The notes beneath the pieces are model-generated. The model was given only the letters and a program-made list of their open reading frames with translations, searched no databases and was not told the origin of the DNA. Positions 49,178-59,934 of a stretch of 64,000 nucleotides of DNA are shown here, one piece after another (position 1 is the stretch's first letter; each line of letters opens with the position of its first letter). A program made the position numbers and the translations under genes. Source of the stretch: Candidatus Marinacidobacterales bacterium (GTDB lineage Bacteria; Acidobacteriota; Vicinamibacteria; Marinacidobacterales; DATDRI01); assembly GCA_965226495.1 (NCBI GenBank), contig OZ245365.1, positions 2,752,001-2,816,000 of the forward strand, given 5' to 3'.

Positions 49178-50296
49178 ATGTTGCATCGATCGTTCCTGCT
49201 GGCCCTGGCGGCGCCGCTGCTCCTTTCCCCCTCCGCCTCGTCGTGCAGAGACGCCGGGGTCACGCAACCCCCCAAGCTTTCACAGAGCGAGTTCGGCCGT
49301 CTCGTCAACGAGCTCTCCGAGGAGGGCGGTTATTTCTGGAGCAACAATTTCATCTCCAATGAAACATCTTACCTTCATGCACTTCAGGCACTTGACGCGA
49401 TGGCACTATCCGGCGGCGTCTACCTCGGTGTGGGACCCAACCAAAACTTCACCTACATCGCCGAGCTACGGCCCCGCATGGCCTTCGTTGTCGACATCCG
49501 ACGCCAAAACATGCTGGAGCACCTTATTTTCAAGTTCCTAACCGAAAAGGCCAAGACTAGGCTCGAATATCTTTCGTTTCTCACCGGCAGACCAATCCAT
49601 GGGCCACCTCCTTCCCGAGATCTCTCCCTCGTCGAACTGGTCGAGATCATAGAAAACACCGCCCCCGATCCGGAGTTCACCCGCCAACTTTCGTCCCAGA
49701 TGACGGCAACCCTTCGTGCCTGGCCCGAACTCAGCCTGACTCCAAGTGACTTCCAGGATATCGAACGCATCTATCTGGAGTTTTCCAGACAGGGACTGGA
49801 CATAAAGTACGATAGCTGGCGCTCGTTCTTTTTCCCTACTCTTAAGCAATTCCTGCTGGAGACCGACCTGGAGGGTGTGCAGCGAAACTGGCTCGCGACC
49901 GCGGAAAGCTACGAGCTCGTGCGGAGCATGCAACTGGCTAACCTGATCGTTCCGCTGGTCGGAGACTTCGCCGGCAAGGGAGTTTTCCGGCGTCTGGGGA
50001 AGCTTCTTCGAGGAAGCGGGGATACCGTCTCGGCCTTCTATGTCTCGAACGTGGAGTTCTATCTATTCCGACAACGCAAATGGCAGCATTTCGTGAACAA
50101 CGTGAAGCAACTGCCAATGGACGACCGAAGCATCTTTATCCGTGCCTACGCGAACCTGCATCGCCCCCACCCGCAGATGGTCGGTGACCACATCACCGTA
50201 ACGCTGATCCAAAACGTGGAGACGTTCTTGAACAACGCAGACGAGGGTCGCTATCGAAGTCTGTGGGATGTCGTGACGCTCGACTACGCCCACTAA
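49178..50296 (+). CDS. Conserved-looking secreted hypothetical protein
   Basis: Signal peptide; LSEEGGYF...NFISNE, GVYLGVGPNQNFTYI, VGDFAG, FYVSNVEFYL. Confidence 0.75.
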   Translation: MLHRSFLLALAAPLLLSPSASSCRDAGVTQPPKLSQSEFGRLVNELSEEGGYFWSNNFISNETSYLHALQALDAMALSGGVYLGVGPNQNFTYIAELRPRMAFVVDIRRQNMLEHLIFKFLTEKAKTRLEYLSFLTGRPIHGPPPSRDLSLVELVEIIENTAPDPEFTRQLSSQMTATLRAWPELSLTPSDFQDIERIYLEFSRQGLDIKYDSWRSFFFPTLKQFLLETDLEGVQRNWLATAESYELVRSMQLANLIVPLVGDFAGKGVFRRLGKLLRGSGDTVSAFYVSNVEFYLFRQRKWQHFVNNVKQLPMDDRSIFIRAYANLHRPHPQMVGDHITVTLIQNVETFLNNADEGRYRSLWDVVTLDYAH

Positions 50297-50300
50297 ATCT

Positions 50301-50421
50301 ATGCTGGCTTCCTTCCCGTTACTCCCTCTCCCTGAGGGAGAGGGAGTAACGGAGGAAGAGACTCTACCCTCACCCAGGCCCTCTCCCAAAGGGAGAGGGA
50401 TTAAGGGAAGGAAGCCAGCAT
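50301..50421. repeat. Nested palindromic REP-like element between convergent genes
   Basis: Outer 17-bp IR 50301-50317/50405-50421, 17-bp hairpin 50316-50352, CCCTCTCCC-AAA-GGGAGAGGG. Confidence 0.85.
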
Positions 50422-50424
50422 TAA

Positions 50425-52140
50425 TCAGCGGGAATTCTCGCGCACCCAAGCGGAAAAGATCTTGGTCAAGTGCCCAGCCTTCTCCGCTGGTGCGACCACC
50501 TCGAGCTGGAGCAACCCGTCTCCGAAGGACACGAAGTTCCCCTGAACCGTGTACCGGATACCGAGCCAATCTGCACCGAATGTGTATGAAGTTTCGCCCA
50601 GGCTCCCACGGCGATTGGAACAGCTAGCGGCCGCCGTCTCAGGCGTGTCCTTTCCTGCTGGCCACCAAGCCGAACGAAGCGAGACCGTGAAGTCGCCGGG
50701 CGGCGACGCCGCCAAAGCCGCTTCCAAAGGTGGCGCTCCCGGGCACGGGAAGGGCGCCCCCGGTTCTAGAATCCATTCGGTTGGCATCGTGACCTGCACT
50801 GGGCTGCGCGAGCGGGCGCCGGGCAAGGACACGGCCTCCCACACGACCTGCGGTACGGCTTTGACTTCGTTCACCAGGAGCCGCTGCGCTTCCATACTGG
50901 CAAGTGACTTCTGAAACACGCCTCGATTGAAAGCAATGTGTTCTGCGTCGCCCAAATAGCGCGCCACCAACTTCTCTTTAGCCCCGAGATCGAAGACGGC
51001 GTACGCCATCTTCCACGTCCCCTCTCGATTGGGAACGCGGCCGGTCACCTCACCATACTCGACTCCATCAGAGCTCTTACGAGCCGGGTCTCGACCCGCC
51101 GAGACCGCTGAGCCGGCTGAAAAAGACTCGAAGGCTTGGCCGGAGAGAAGTAACCCCGCGAGCTCGCTGATGCCCCACGGCGAGAACACGCGGTCTAGGC
51201 GGAATCTCACCCCTTCGAGGCTTTCCCCGCTGTCAGCCAATAACCGCTGCGGAGAAATATCCTCTAGCCCCTGGGCTAACTGCAAATGCACTCCCTTCCC
51301 TTCTAGCCGCTGAGCGGGCCCCAACCGCAACCTCTTGACGGGGAGAAGTGAATCCAGCCCGTGCGACTCGAGAAAGTCCTTCACCACATCGATGGAGATG
51401 GCGAATCCCACGTCTTCCGCTTCTGTTAATTTCATGCGGACCACGCCGAGAGCGTAGCCTTCCTCATCGACCAACGGACCCCCGCTGTTGCCAGGGTTCA
51501 TCGTCGCGTTGGTCTGGATGTAGCGCCCGCGACCCTCTTCATCGGCCCTCAGCGCCGATACCGTCCCCTTACTCGCACTAACGCGGGGGACGATCTCTGG
51601 AATCTTCACCTTCGCGACTTCCACCTCTTTACCGAAGGGATAACCGAAGACTTGGACCGGCTCATTGGGGCCAATCGCGGTGGAGTCCCCGAAGGGAACG
51701 TAAGTGAGATCGGCACCATTGATGGACAACACGGCGAGGTCGAGGGCAGGGTCGACGGCGTCTATCGATGCGATGAATCGGCGGGCGCCATCCCCATCCG
51801 GGCCGCCGGGCCCACCGGGCCCGCCAGGGAAGACGACCTCGACCTGCTCGACCTCCACCTTGATGGTCACTTCGGTGTCCCCCTCCTGCCGCGTGAGCTC
51901 GCGGTCACCGATCACGTGGTAATTCGTGAGCACGTGTCCGTATGGCGATATGACGAAGCCGCTCCCCGTCGCCAGCTCCACCTCCCTGCGCTCGATAGAC
52001 TCTTCCCAGGTCTTTCGATACTCGGCGCGAATCTGCCCGATCACCCGGATGAAAACGGTGGCTGCGGCCGGTGAGCTAGGCTGGGCCACGAGCGGTGCCC
52101 CCCAGAGGCACACCAGGAGCCCGAAGGCGAGCTTTCTCAT
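50425..52140 (-). CDS. Secreted trypsin-like (S1C) serine protease with C-terminal extension
   Basis: GSGF, TNYHV, DLAVL, NPGNSGGPL. Confidence 0.88.
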   Translation of the reverse strand: MRKLAFGLLVCLWGAPLVAQPSSPAAATVFIRVIGQIRAEYRKTWEESIERREVELATGSGFVISPYGHVLTNYHVIGDRELTRQEGDTEVTIKVEVEQVEVVFPGGPGGPGGPDGDGARRFIASIDAVDPALDLAVLSINGADLTYVPFGDSTAIGPNEPVQVFGYPFGKEVEVAKVKIPEIVPRVSASKGTVSALRADEEGRGRYIQTNATMNPGNSGGPLVDEEGYALGVVRMKLTEAEDVGFAISIDVVKDFLESHGLDSLLPVKRLRLGPAQRLEGKGVHLQLAQGLEDISPQRLLADSGESLEGVRFRLDRVFSPWGISELAGLLLSGQAFESFSAGSAVSAGRDPARKSSDGVEYGEVTGRVPNREGTWKMAYAVFDLGAKEKLVARYLGDAEHIAFNRGVFQKSLASMEAQRLLVNEVKAVPQVVWEAVSLPGARSRSPVQVTMPTEWILEPGAPFPCPGAPPLEAALAASPPGDFTVSLRSAWWPAGKDTPETAAASCSNRRGSLGETSYTFGADWLGIRYTVQGNFVSFGDGLLQLEVVAPAEKAGHLTKIFSAWVRENSR

Positions 52141-52486
52141 GCCCTCCAGAATAGCAGCTGTCGGGCACTGGGGTCAGATCGCCGCCTGGCCACCGTGTAG
52201 TAAAGCACTTCCCTGTTTTGGCGGCCGACAGCGTACGACTGCCGCGTCTGACCCGTTCCAGATAGGTTCGACCGGGTAGTGCGGACCCGGAGCCGGGAAG
52301 CGTCGATGTCTTCGAGACCGTGACGCCTCCACGGCTTGCCGGTAGATGTGCGAAAGCAGTCCGGCGGCCGCGACGTCGGTGTGGGAAATCGACTCCAGGG
52401 TGAGGGAAAAGGCGCTTCGGCATGGGCCACCGCCCACACCCGCGGGAAAAAATGTAGCAATGACGCGGCGAAACCATCCCTCAAGC

Positions 52487-52502
52487 TGGCGTGAACTTTG
52501 CA
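52487..52502 (+). promoter_or_regulatory. Sigma54-type promoter
   Basis: TGGCGT-GAACT-TTGCA (GG-N10-GC). Confidence 0.55.
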
Positions 52503-52572
52503 ACTTTTCACACTTGACGCTTGACACCGAGACATCATCCGTAGTTTTGTGAGCCCCCGGACTGGGGGAGAT

Positions 52573-52655
52573 AGGGCAGCACCCCACGCTGGTCCTTTAT
52601 TTGTGGGACAGAACCCCCTTTCTGTTCCGTTAGCGGACAGTACCCCACGCTGTTC
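52573..52655 (+). repeat. Three tandem hairpins with C-rich loops
   Basis: AGGGCAGC-ACCCCAC-GCTGGTCCT; GGGACAGAA-CCCCCT-TTCTGTTCC; GGACAGT-ACCCCAC-GCTGTTC. Confidence 0.65.
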
Positions 52656-52686
52656 TTCCGCCTAAGAGTCCGTCTGCGACTCCTCG

Positions 52687-55600
52687 ATGGAGGAAGTGCA
52701 AGTGATGGCGAAGAAGCTCGAACGAATCCGGAAGCTGCTCAGTCTCTTCATCCTCGTCACCTTCTTTTTGGAGACGACGGTGTTCGCTCAAGTCGCCCTG
52801 GTGCGCTCGGCGTTACCGGTGCGTTCAGTAAGCACCAAACCGATCTATTCGCCAGCCTCTTCGATCCCAACGGTGACGACAGCTCCCTCGACCCTAAGCG
52901 CCAGCACGCTCCCGCCTGCTGCTGCGACACCTGCCGCTCCGTCGACGGTCGTTGCGAGTAGCGCAACACAGCTGACCCTGCCCCCGATCGCCATCGTACG
53001 GCTCAGCCTCTCGAGCGACGACGAGCAAGGCGATCGCGATAGCCAGGCGGCATCAAGCAACGCCGACGGCCGTCGGGTCGCTTTTCAATCCAAGGCCAGC
53101 AACTTGGTGCCGGGCGACACCAACCACAAGCTCGACGTCTTCGTCAGAGACGAGCTGTCCGGCGAAACCTTCCGCGTGAGCGTGGCGAGTGACGGCACCG
53201 AAGCCAATAACGACAGCGAAGCACCCTCCATCAGCGCCGATGGGCGCTATGTGGCTTTCGAATCCAAGGCGTCGAACTTAGTTGCCGGTGACACCCGCGA
53301 CAAGCGGGACATCCATCAGCGCCGACGGCCGCTTCGTGTCGTTCGAATCGAGAGCCACGAATCTCGTTCCCGGCCCGACCAACTCGAAGCAACAGATTTT
53401 CGTCCACGATCGAGACACCGGTGAGACGACCGTGGTTAGTGTCTCCACCGATGGAGTCCTAGGGAACAAAACCAGCAGCGACCCGGCCATCAGCGGAGAC
53501 GGTCGATTCGTAGCCTTTCAATCGAAGGCGAAGAACCTCGTTCTCTTCGATACCAACGACAAACAGGATGTGTTCGTCCACGACCGGCAAATCGGGGAGA
53601 CGACACGGGTAAGCGTCGCCAGCGACGGCAGCGAGGGTGATCGCGGCGGCGAATCCCCGTCCATCAGTTTCGATGGGCGCTTCGTTGCCTTCGCCTCCGA
53701 TTCTAGAAATCTCGTCTTGGGCGACACGAACAAGAAAGACGACGTCTTCGTACACGATCGCGAGACGGGAGAAACGACCCGAGTCAGCATCCATACCGAC
53801 GGCACTGAAGGCAACCGCAATAGCGGGGCGCCGTCTATCAATGCCAGTGGTCGTTTCGTGGCCTTCGAGTCGGACGCCACCAACCTCGTAGACGACGATA
53901 CCAACAAAGACAAAGACGTCTTCGTTCACGATCGAAGCCGTGAGCTGACCATCCGGCTGAGCGTCGGCGAGCATGGTCCGGCCCGTCCGGGAAGCGACGA
54001 CGACAGTAGTGATGACAGCAAGAGTGGCAACAAGAGTCGTGACGGAAAGAGCAAAGATAGTAGCAGCGATGATAGTAGCAGCGGCGACAGCAGTAAGGAC
54101 GATAGCTCCAGCGGTGGTGACAAAAGCAGTGACGATAGCAGCAGCGACGACAGTGGCGATGACAGCAGTAGCGACGACAAGAATCGGGGTGACAGCAGCC
54201 GCCCCTCCATCAGCGCCGACGGCCGGTGCGTCGCATTTCAATCGAAATCCCCGCGGTTGGTGCCGGACGATACCAATCGGCGAGAAGATGTTTTCCAAGC
54301 CAAAGTGGAGCTGAATCGAGATCCGGAGGCCCTGGACGACTCCGTAACCACCGTCCAGGAGACACCGGTCGATATCAACGTCCTTGCGAACGACACCGAT
54401 CCCGACGGCGATACGCTCACCGTCTTGGACGTCAGCGTGCCCGCGAACGGCACGGCCAGTATCAACCCGGACGGCACGGTCCAGTACGTCCCGGACAACG
54501 ACTTTCGTGGCGTGGACACGTTTACCTACACGGTGGGTGATGGTCACGGAGGTACGGATGTCGCGACGGTGACCGTTGACGTGACGCCGCTGAATCAACC
54601 GCCTTCGGTGGATGCCGGGCCGGACCAAACGATCACCTTCCCCACGGATACCCTGACGCTGACGGGAACAGTTACAGACGACGGCCTACCGCCAGGAAGT
54701 GTTTTGACGATTTCATGGACTCAGGTGGACGGGCCGGTGGCCGTCGATTTCGGGAGCCCCGACCAGGCTCAAACCACGGCTCGCTTCAGCGTGGCCGGCG
54801 ACTACATCTTGCGGCTCAGTGGCAGCGACAGTGAGTTCACCGTGAGTGACGACGTCAACGTCCAGGTGCTGCCTCCCGCCACCGTGGAGCTATCGGTGAG
54901 CGATGCCGTCATCGTGGAAGGCAGCGGCGGGATGGCCGAAGCGGTCGTACAGGTCAGCCTTTCGAGCGCCAGCACGTCGATAGTGTCGGTCGATTTCAGC
55001 ACGTTCGACGGAACGGCCCGCTCGAGCTGCGACTACCTGACGCGGTTCGGCACTTTGGAGTTCGACCCGGGAGAAATGACCCAGACCGTCGAGGTGCCCG
55101 TCGTGGGCGACCTGGCGGGTGAGAACGACGAGAACTTCATGCTCGTCATCGGCAATCCGGTCGGAGCCCTCGTCATCGACGCCGAAGGAATCGTGACGGT
55201 CGAAGACGACGACGCGCCTAACAATCCGCCCGCCGCCCCTGCCGGCCGCTCTCCTCCCAATGGCGCGACCGGGATCGGGCTCGATCCGATCCTGTCCTGG
55301 ACTTCGAGCGATCCCGACGGCGACCCCGTGACCCACGACGTCTTCTTTGGAACCACCTTCGATACGGCTGGCCAGAGCTGGTCCGAGCTTTGCGCGGTCA
55401 ACGCCGGTCCGGGACCGCGAGCCGGTGCCGCTTCGGGCTTCGATGAGAACAACGATCGCCTCATCCTCTTTAGTGGTGAAGCGGGACCCAGCATCCATCC
55501 GGAGGACATTTGGATCCTTCAAAACGCCACCGCAACCGGCGGTCCTCCCACTTGGCTCACACTTGCCGCTACCAGCGGCCCGGTGGGAAGGGAGCAAGCG

Positions 55601-55771
55601 GCGAGCACCTACGATGCGGCGACGAATCGCCTCATCTTACACGGCGGATGCGCGGGAGACTGCAGCGTCGCACTTTCCGACACGTGGGTGCTCGAGAACG
55701 CCAACGGACTCGGAGGCGCCCCCGCTTGGGTTCGCCTTCCGGATGCTCCCGTTGCGAGAAGGGGTGCTGCT
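52687..55771 (+). pseudogene. Large surface protein (TolB-like repeats, Ser/Asp tract, cadherin-like, PKD-like, Calx-beta, Kelch-like), frameshifted and truncated
   Basis: SISADGR.VAF.S repeats; frame change near 53312; VLANDTDPDGD; VDAGPDQ; domain-like sequence stops at the mobile element. Confidence 0.82.
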
Positions 55772-55949
55772 GTAGGGGCGCAATGGGAGTTGGAGTGGCG
55801 AACGGGAATCGTTTTCCGGTTCATCCCGCCTTCGAGGACTCCTAAATTCTTCGTTTCCGGTACTGTCAACGCCGCACGGAGGGGATCAGGCACACGACAC
55901 CCGTCGAATTCGCCGCGACTCCGGCGAAAAAGCTAAGCAGCTTTGGGAA

Positions 55950-57191
55950 TTAGAACTGGCTGTCCCGATCGAGATAAGCGATCTCAAAAGGAGCACGGAC
56001 GGGTCCTTCTCGAGGCCGTGCTCGAGGAGGATGGACAGCGGTTAGGTGGGCCGGTTCTAGACGGAAGTAGACTTCAGCCGGAGTGGCGCCGGCCAACCCC
56101 TGGTGCGGTCGTAGGTGACTGTAGTAGTGAAGCCCTTGCTCGAGCCTTTGCTGAAGATTGGCTTTGACCAAGGGTTTGAAGGAACGAAGGCTCAAGGTCT
56201 CTTTAAGAGTTCTCCAGAGTCTTTCGATAATCGCGATGGAGCCGTACTGGCCTATGGCACCGAAGCGGTGCCGGATGCCGAGTCGGGGTAGCGTTTTGCG
56301 AAATCGCTTCGCAGTGAACTGCGTTCCTTTATCGGAAACGAAGTTTCTGGGAGTGCCGAACCGTTTCACCGCGGTTCGGAGCAATCGGGTCATGTGTCGA
56401 GCAGAGGGTTCTTTGCGAAAGACCCTGACAACGAGGGGCATGCGGGAGAAGACATCGAGGACAACGACCAGCTTGAAGGAGAAGAGTCGAAAGAGACTTG
56501 GGATGGTGGTGATGTCTGCCATCCAGATGTGGTTGGGGTGGCGAGCCCGGAGACGTGGGCCGCGCGTTGTTGCTGGGAGTGGGGACTTGGGCGGCTTTTC
56601 TTTCAGCATTCTCCCGACGGTTCTCTTGGAGATCTTCCAACCGACCCGAGCGAGGGTTTGGGCGATGGTTTCACAGCCACCGAAGCCGACGAGGCGCATG
56701 GTGTGGACGAGCTGGCGGACGACATCAGCAAAGCGCCGGACGGGAGGATTGGGTTTGACGAGCGAGCCCACCGTGTCGTCTCCGGGATTTGTCGCCACTT
56801 CCTGTTCCCATCGCGCCACGGTGTTTTTCGAGATGGCAAAGAGCTGGGCGGTTTCTTTCTGGGAAAGAGCCATCAGGGACTTGAGCTCGAGGATCTGAAA
56901 TCGCTGGTGGGGGGTGTAATGAGGACGGCGCCTTTCGGGAATCTTTTGCCAGCGCTTGGCCAGAAGCTGGGCGACGGCTTGGAAATGGCGCGCCTCCATG
57001 GCCAACACCCGCAAGTCGGCGAAGGCGATTTGAAGGGGCTCCCCGGAGTTTCTGTATTGGGCGAGCTGGGACCCACTGACGAGCCCAAAGAGTCGGGTGG
57101 CTTTGATCAGGGCGCGTAGGGCATCGGCGTCGCGATCGGAGTGATTCGCAAGCGAGACGAGAAGGCGTTCGGCGTCAGAGCTCCCCTTCAT
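55950..57191 (-). CDS. DDE (rve/integrase core) transposase with HTH; last codons frameshifted
   Basis: WMADIT, VSDKG, IERLWRTLK, RPHQGL; PVLIPKAA* (stop 55933) is out of frame relative to copy 2. Confidence 0.9.
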   Translation of the reverse strand: MKGSSDAERLLVSLANHSDRDADALRALIKATRLFGLVSGSQLAQYRNSGEPLQIAFADLRVLAMEARHFQAVAQLLAKRWQKIPERRRPHYTPHQRFQILELKSLMALSQKETAQLFAISKNTVARWEQEVATNPGDDTVGSLVKPNPPVRRFADVVRQLVHTMRLVGFGGCETIAQTLARVGWKISKRTVGRMLKEKPPKSPLPATTRGPRLRARHPNHIWMADITTIPSLFRLFSFKLVVVLDVFSRMPLVVRVFRKEPSARHMTRLLRTAVKRFGTPRNFVSDKGTQFTAKRFRKTLPRLGIRHRFGAIGQYGSIAIIERLWRTLKETLSLRSFKPLVKANLQQRLEQGLHYYSHLRPHQGLAGATPAEVYFRLEPAHLTAVHPPRARPREGPVRAPFEIAYLDRDSQF

Positions 57192-57371
57192 GGTGGACCT
57201 TTCTTCTAACAATGTTGGGGGAGTGGGACTGAGATCAGGATAACACAGGGTGGGCGAGAGACGACGGGCGTTCGAAAAAAGAAGGAGGAGAGCACCGAAG
57301 TCGAGTTTTGAAATGCGCCTTGCGTTACGAGAGGGCAGCCGGCGTGCTGGAAGCGTGGCGGGTTGGAGGAC

Positions 57372-57710
57372 TCAGCCGAGGATGGATTTCAGCGCACCCC
57401 GGAGTTTCTTTTGATCTGGCTCCTCTAGTCGTCCCAGCTTGCGGATGACCAAGCTTTTCTCGATGCTCGCCACCACGGGCTTTATGACCGAAGGCTTGAG
57501 TAGACCCGCCTTCTCCCAGTCGGCGACGGGGACCTCTCCGAAAAGGCCAGCAGGTTTCGCCTGTGAGGTGACGGCCATCAAGATGATATCGGGACGACTG
57601 CGTTGATAGGTTTCTGAGCTAATGACAATGGCGGGCCGCCTCTTTGAGGTCGTTTGGTCGGTAAATGGGAAGGGAACGAGAACTACGTCGCCGAAATCAT
57701 AGCTGATCAT
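57372..57710 (-). CDS. PemK/MazF family toxin
   Basis: GDVVLVPFPFTD...KRRPAIVIS, AVTS, GLLKPS. Confidence 0.92.
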   Translation of the reverse strand: MISYDFGDVVLVPFPFTDQTTSKRRPAIVISSETYQRSRPDIILMAVTSQAKPAGLFGEVPVADWEKAGLLKPSVIKPVVASIEKSLVIRKLGRLEEPDQKKLRGALKSILG

Positions 57711-57891
57711 AGTCAGCGTCGTCGGGGTTGTCCCAAACTCTTCGGAAGGACTCCTCGGAGAGTCTCGTTGCAGCTCGATTCAGCCGGCGATCTTCTTCCC
57801 GGTGCCGCAGAAAATCCACAAAATCCTCGACCTCGGCAACCTTCTCCGCGGGTAAGCTAAGGATCTTCTCGAGCAACGTTTGTTCAGCCAC
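57697..57891 (-). CDS. Putative antitoxin (DUF2281-like)
   Basis: LPAEKVAEVEDFVDFL...WDNPDDADYD; AAGGAGG RBS; overlaps toxin start by 14 nt. Confidence 0.82.
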   Translation of the reverse strand: MAEQTLLEKILSLPAEKVAEVEDFVDFLRHREEDRRLNRAATRLSEESFRRVWDNPDDADYDQL

Positions 57892-58005
57892 GACTTTCGT
57901 CTCCTCCTTCACCAATCCACCTTCAATGTATGTTCACACTCACATTTTACCTCGCTAGAGCGGCCTCAGTCGAGTGGCCGGGCAGGTGTTGGGAGGCCTC
58001 ACCCT

Positions 58006-58328
58006 TTCGACTTCGAAGCCGACGGGTTCTCGGAAGTGGTGTATGCGGATGAAAGAAGACTCCGGGTCTTCGACGGCACGAACGGGACGGTGGTCTTCGA
58101 AACAGAGATCGGAAGCGCGACGCGGCTCGAGTACCCGATCATCGCCGACGTGGACGTGGACGGCAAAGCGGAGATCGTGGTGGTGGCGAACGAGTTCAAT
58201 AATCCCACTCCCCTGGCGGGAATCTTCGTCTACGGAACACCTTCCGAAAGGTGGGTGCCCACCCGTAGCATCTGGAACCAACACACCTACCACATCACCA
58301 ACATCAATGAAGACGGAACGGTCCCTCG
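58006..58328 (+). pseudogene. FG-GAP/VCBS-like internal fragment of a large surface protein
   Basis: FDFEADGFSEVVYADE...PIIADVDVDGKAEIVV...WNQHTYHITNINEDGTVP without own start. Confidence 0.78.
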
Positions 58329-58493
58329 GTACGGGTGGCAATGGGAGTTGGAGCGGGCGGTTTGGGGTCTCACGGCAGAGGAAATGGCCCTTCGAGAGGT
58401 GCTGCGGGACGGCTTGGGAGCTGCTTCGGGCCGCGGTCGTTGGATCTGGACACACGACGACCGTCGAATTCGCACCGAGATTGAGCGGAGAAG

Positions 58494-59765
58494 CTAAGCG
58501 GCTTTGCGAACCAGCACCGGAAGCATCTTGCCTGGATCGAGATAAGCGATCTCAAAGGGTGAATCGACGGGTCCTTCTCGAGCCCGTGCTCGAAGAGGAT
58601 GGACGGCGGCGAGATGGGCAGGTTGTCGACCGAAGTAGATTTCATCGGGAGTGGCACCGCCCAGTCCCTGGTGGGGTCGAAGGTAAGTGTAGTAGTGAAA
58701 CACTTGGTCGAGCCGGCGTTCGAGGTCTCGTTTGGTGAGGGGTTTGAACGAACGTAGGCGCAAGGTGTCTTTGAGGGTTCTCCAGAATCTTTCGATGGTC
58801 GCAATGGAACCGTGCCGACCAATAGCACCGAAGCGCTGCCGGGTGCCGAACCGGCGAAGGGTTTTGCGAAACCGCTTCGCGGTGAACTGGGTCCCCTTGT
58901 CGGAGACGAAGTGTCGGGGCGGGCCGAAACGAAGCGCGGCCCGTTGAATGAGCCGGCCCATTTGGCGGGCAGAGGGTTCTTTCCAGAAGACTTTAGCGAC
59001 AAGGGGCATGCGGGAGAAGACATCGAGTACGACCACGAGCTTGAAGGAAAACAATCGAAAGAGACTCGGGATGGTGGTGATATCGGCCATCCAGATGTGA
59101 TTCGGACGACGAGCCCGAGGAGCTCGACCCGACTTGGCTGTTCTTTCGGGAACGGGGGTTTGGGGAGGTTTTTCTTTGAACATTCTCCCGACGGAGCGTT
59201 TGGAGATCTTCCAACCGGCCCGACCGAGCGTTTGCGCGATCTGCTGGCAGCCACCGAAACCGTTAAGGCGCATGGTGTGGACGAGATGGCGGACGACATC
59301 GGCGTAGCGCCGGACCGGAGGCTGGGGACGGACGAGCGAGCCCACGGTTTCTTGTCCCGGGTGGGCCGCGACTTCCTGCTCCCACCGGGCCACCGTGTTT
59401 CTCGAGATCGCAAAGAGCTGGGCGGTTTCCTTCTGGGAAAGGCCAAGGAGAGACTTGAGCTCGAGGATCTGGAATCGCAGGTGTGGGGTGTAATGAGGCC
59501 GACGTCTTTCCGGAATCTTTTGCCAGCGCTCGGACAGGATTCGGGAGACGGCTTCGTAACACCGTGTCAGGATGGCCAGCCTTCGCACGTCGGCAAAGGC
59601 GATTTGAAGGGGCTCGTCGGAGTTTCTGTACTGGGCGAGCTGGGCTCCACAGGCGAGGCCAAGAAGTCGCGTGGCCTTGATCAGAGCGCGCAGGGCGTCG
59701 GGGTTGAGCTCGGGGTGATTCGCTAGCGTGACGAGAAGGTGTTCGGCGTCAGAACTCCCCTTCAT
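58494..59765 (-). CDS. DDE (rve/integrase core) transposase with HTH
   Basis: WMADIT, VSDKG, IERFWRTLK; close paralogue of 55950-57191. Confidence 0.92.
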   Translation of the reverse strand: MKGSSDAEHLLVTLANHPELNPDALRALIKATRLLGLACGAQLAQYRNSDEPLQIAFADVRRLAILTRCYEAVSRILSERWQKIPERRRPHYTPHLRFQILELKSLLGLSQKETAQLFAISRNTVARWEQEVAAHPGQETVGSLVRPQPPVRRYADVVRHLVHTMRLNGFGGCQQIAQTLGRAGWKISKRSVGRMFKEKPPQTPVPERTAKSGRAPRARRPNHIWMADITTIPSLFRLFSFKLVVVLDVFSRMPLVAKVFWKEPSARQMGRLIQRAALRFGPPRHFVSDKGTQFTAKRFRKTLRRFGTRQRFGAIGRHGSIATIERFWRTLKDTLRLRSFKPLTKRDLERRLDQVFHYYTYLRPHQGLGGATPDEIYFGRQPAHLAAVHPLRARAREGPVDSPFEIAYLDPGKMLPVLVRKAA

Positions 59766-59934
59766 GGTGGACCTTTCCTTTAATAGTGTTGGGGGAGTGG
59801 ACTGAGATCAGGATAACACACGGCGAGTGAAGCCAGACGCCATCCGACGAAAGAAGGCGACAGCTAGGTCGAAGCGCTGTAATCCGCCCTCAGGTCAGGA
59901 GATGGCAACCGCCGGAGCCGTGGCGGTTAGATAC

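Larger units (their letters stand above)
55772..57950 (-). mobile_element. Transposase + toxin-antitoxin unit, copy 1 (ends approximate)
   Basis: Colinear homology with 58329-60077 across tail, transposase, spacer and pemK. Confidence 0.7.

Noticed and set aside
53300-54300. Periodic DNA repeats resembling an array
   Set aside because: Explained by TolB-like protein repeats and a Ser/Asp low-complexity coding tract
58370-59726. Long alternative-frame and antisense ORFs over the transposase and other genes
   Set aside because: Shadow ORFs typical of GC-rich DNA, with no motifs
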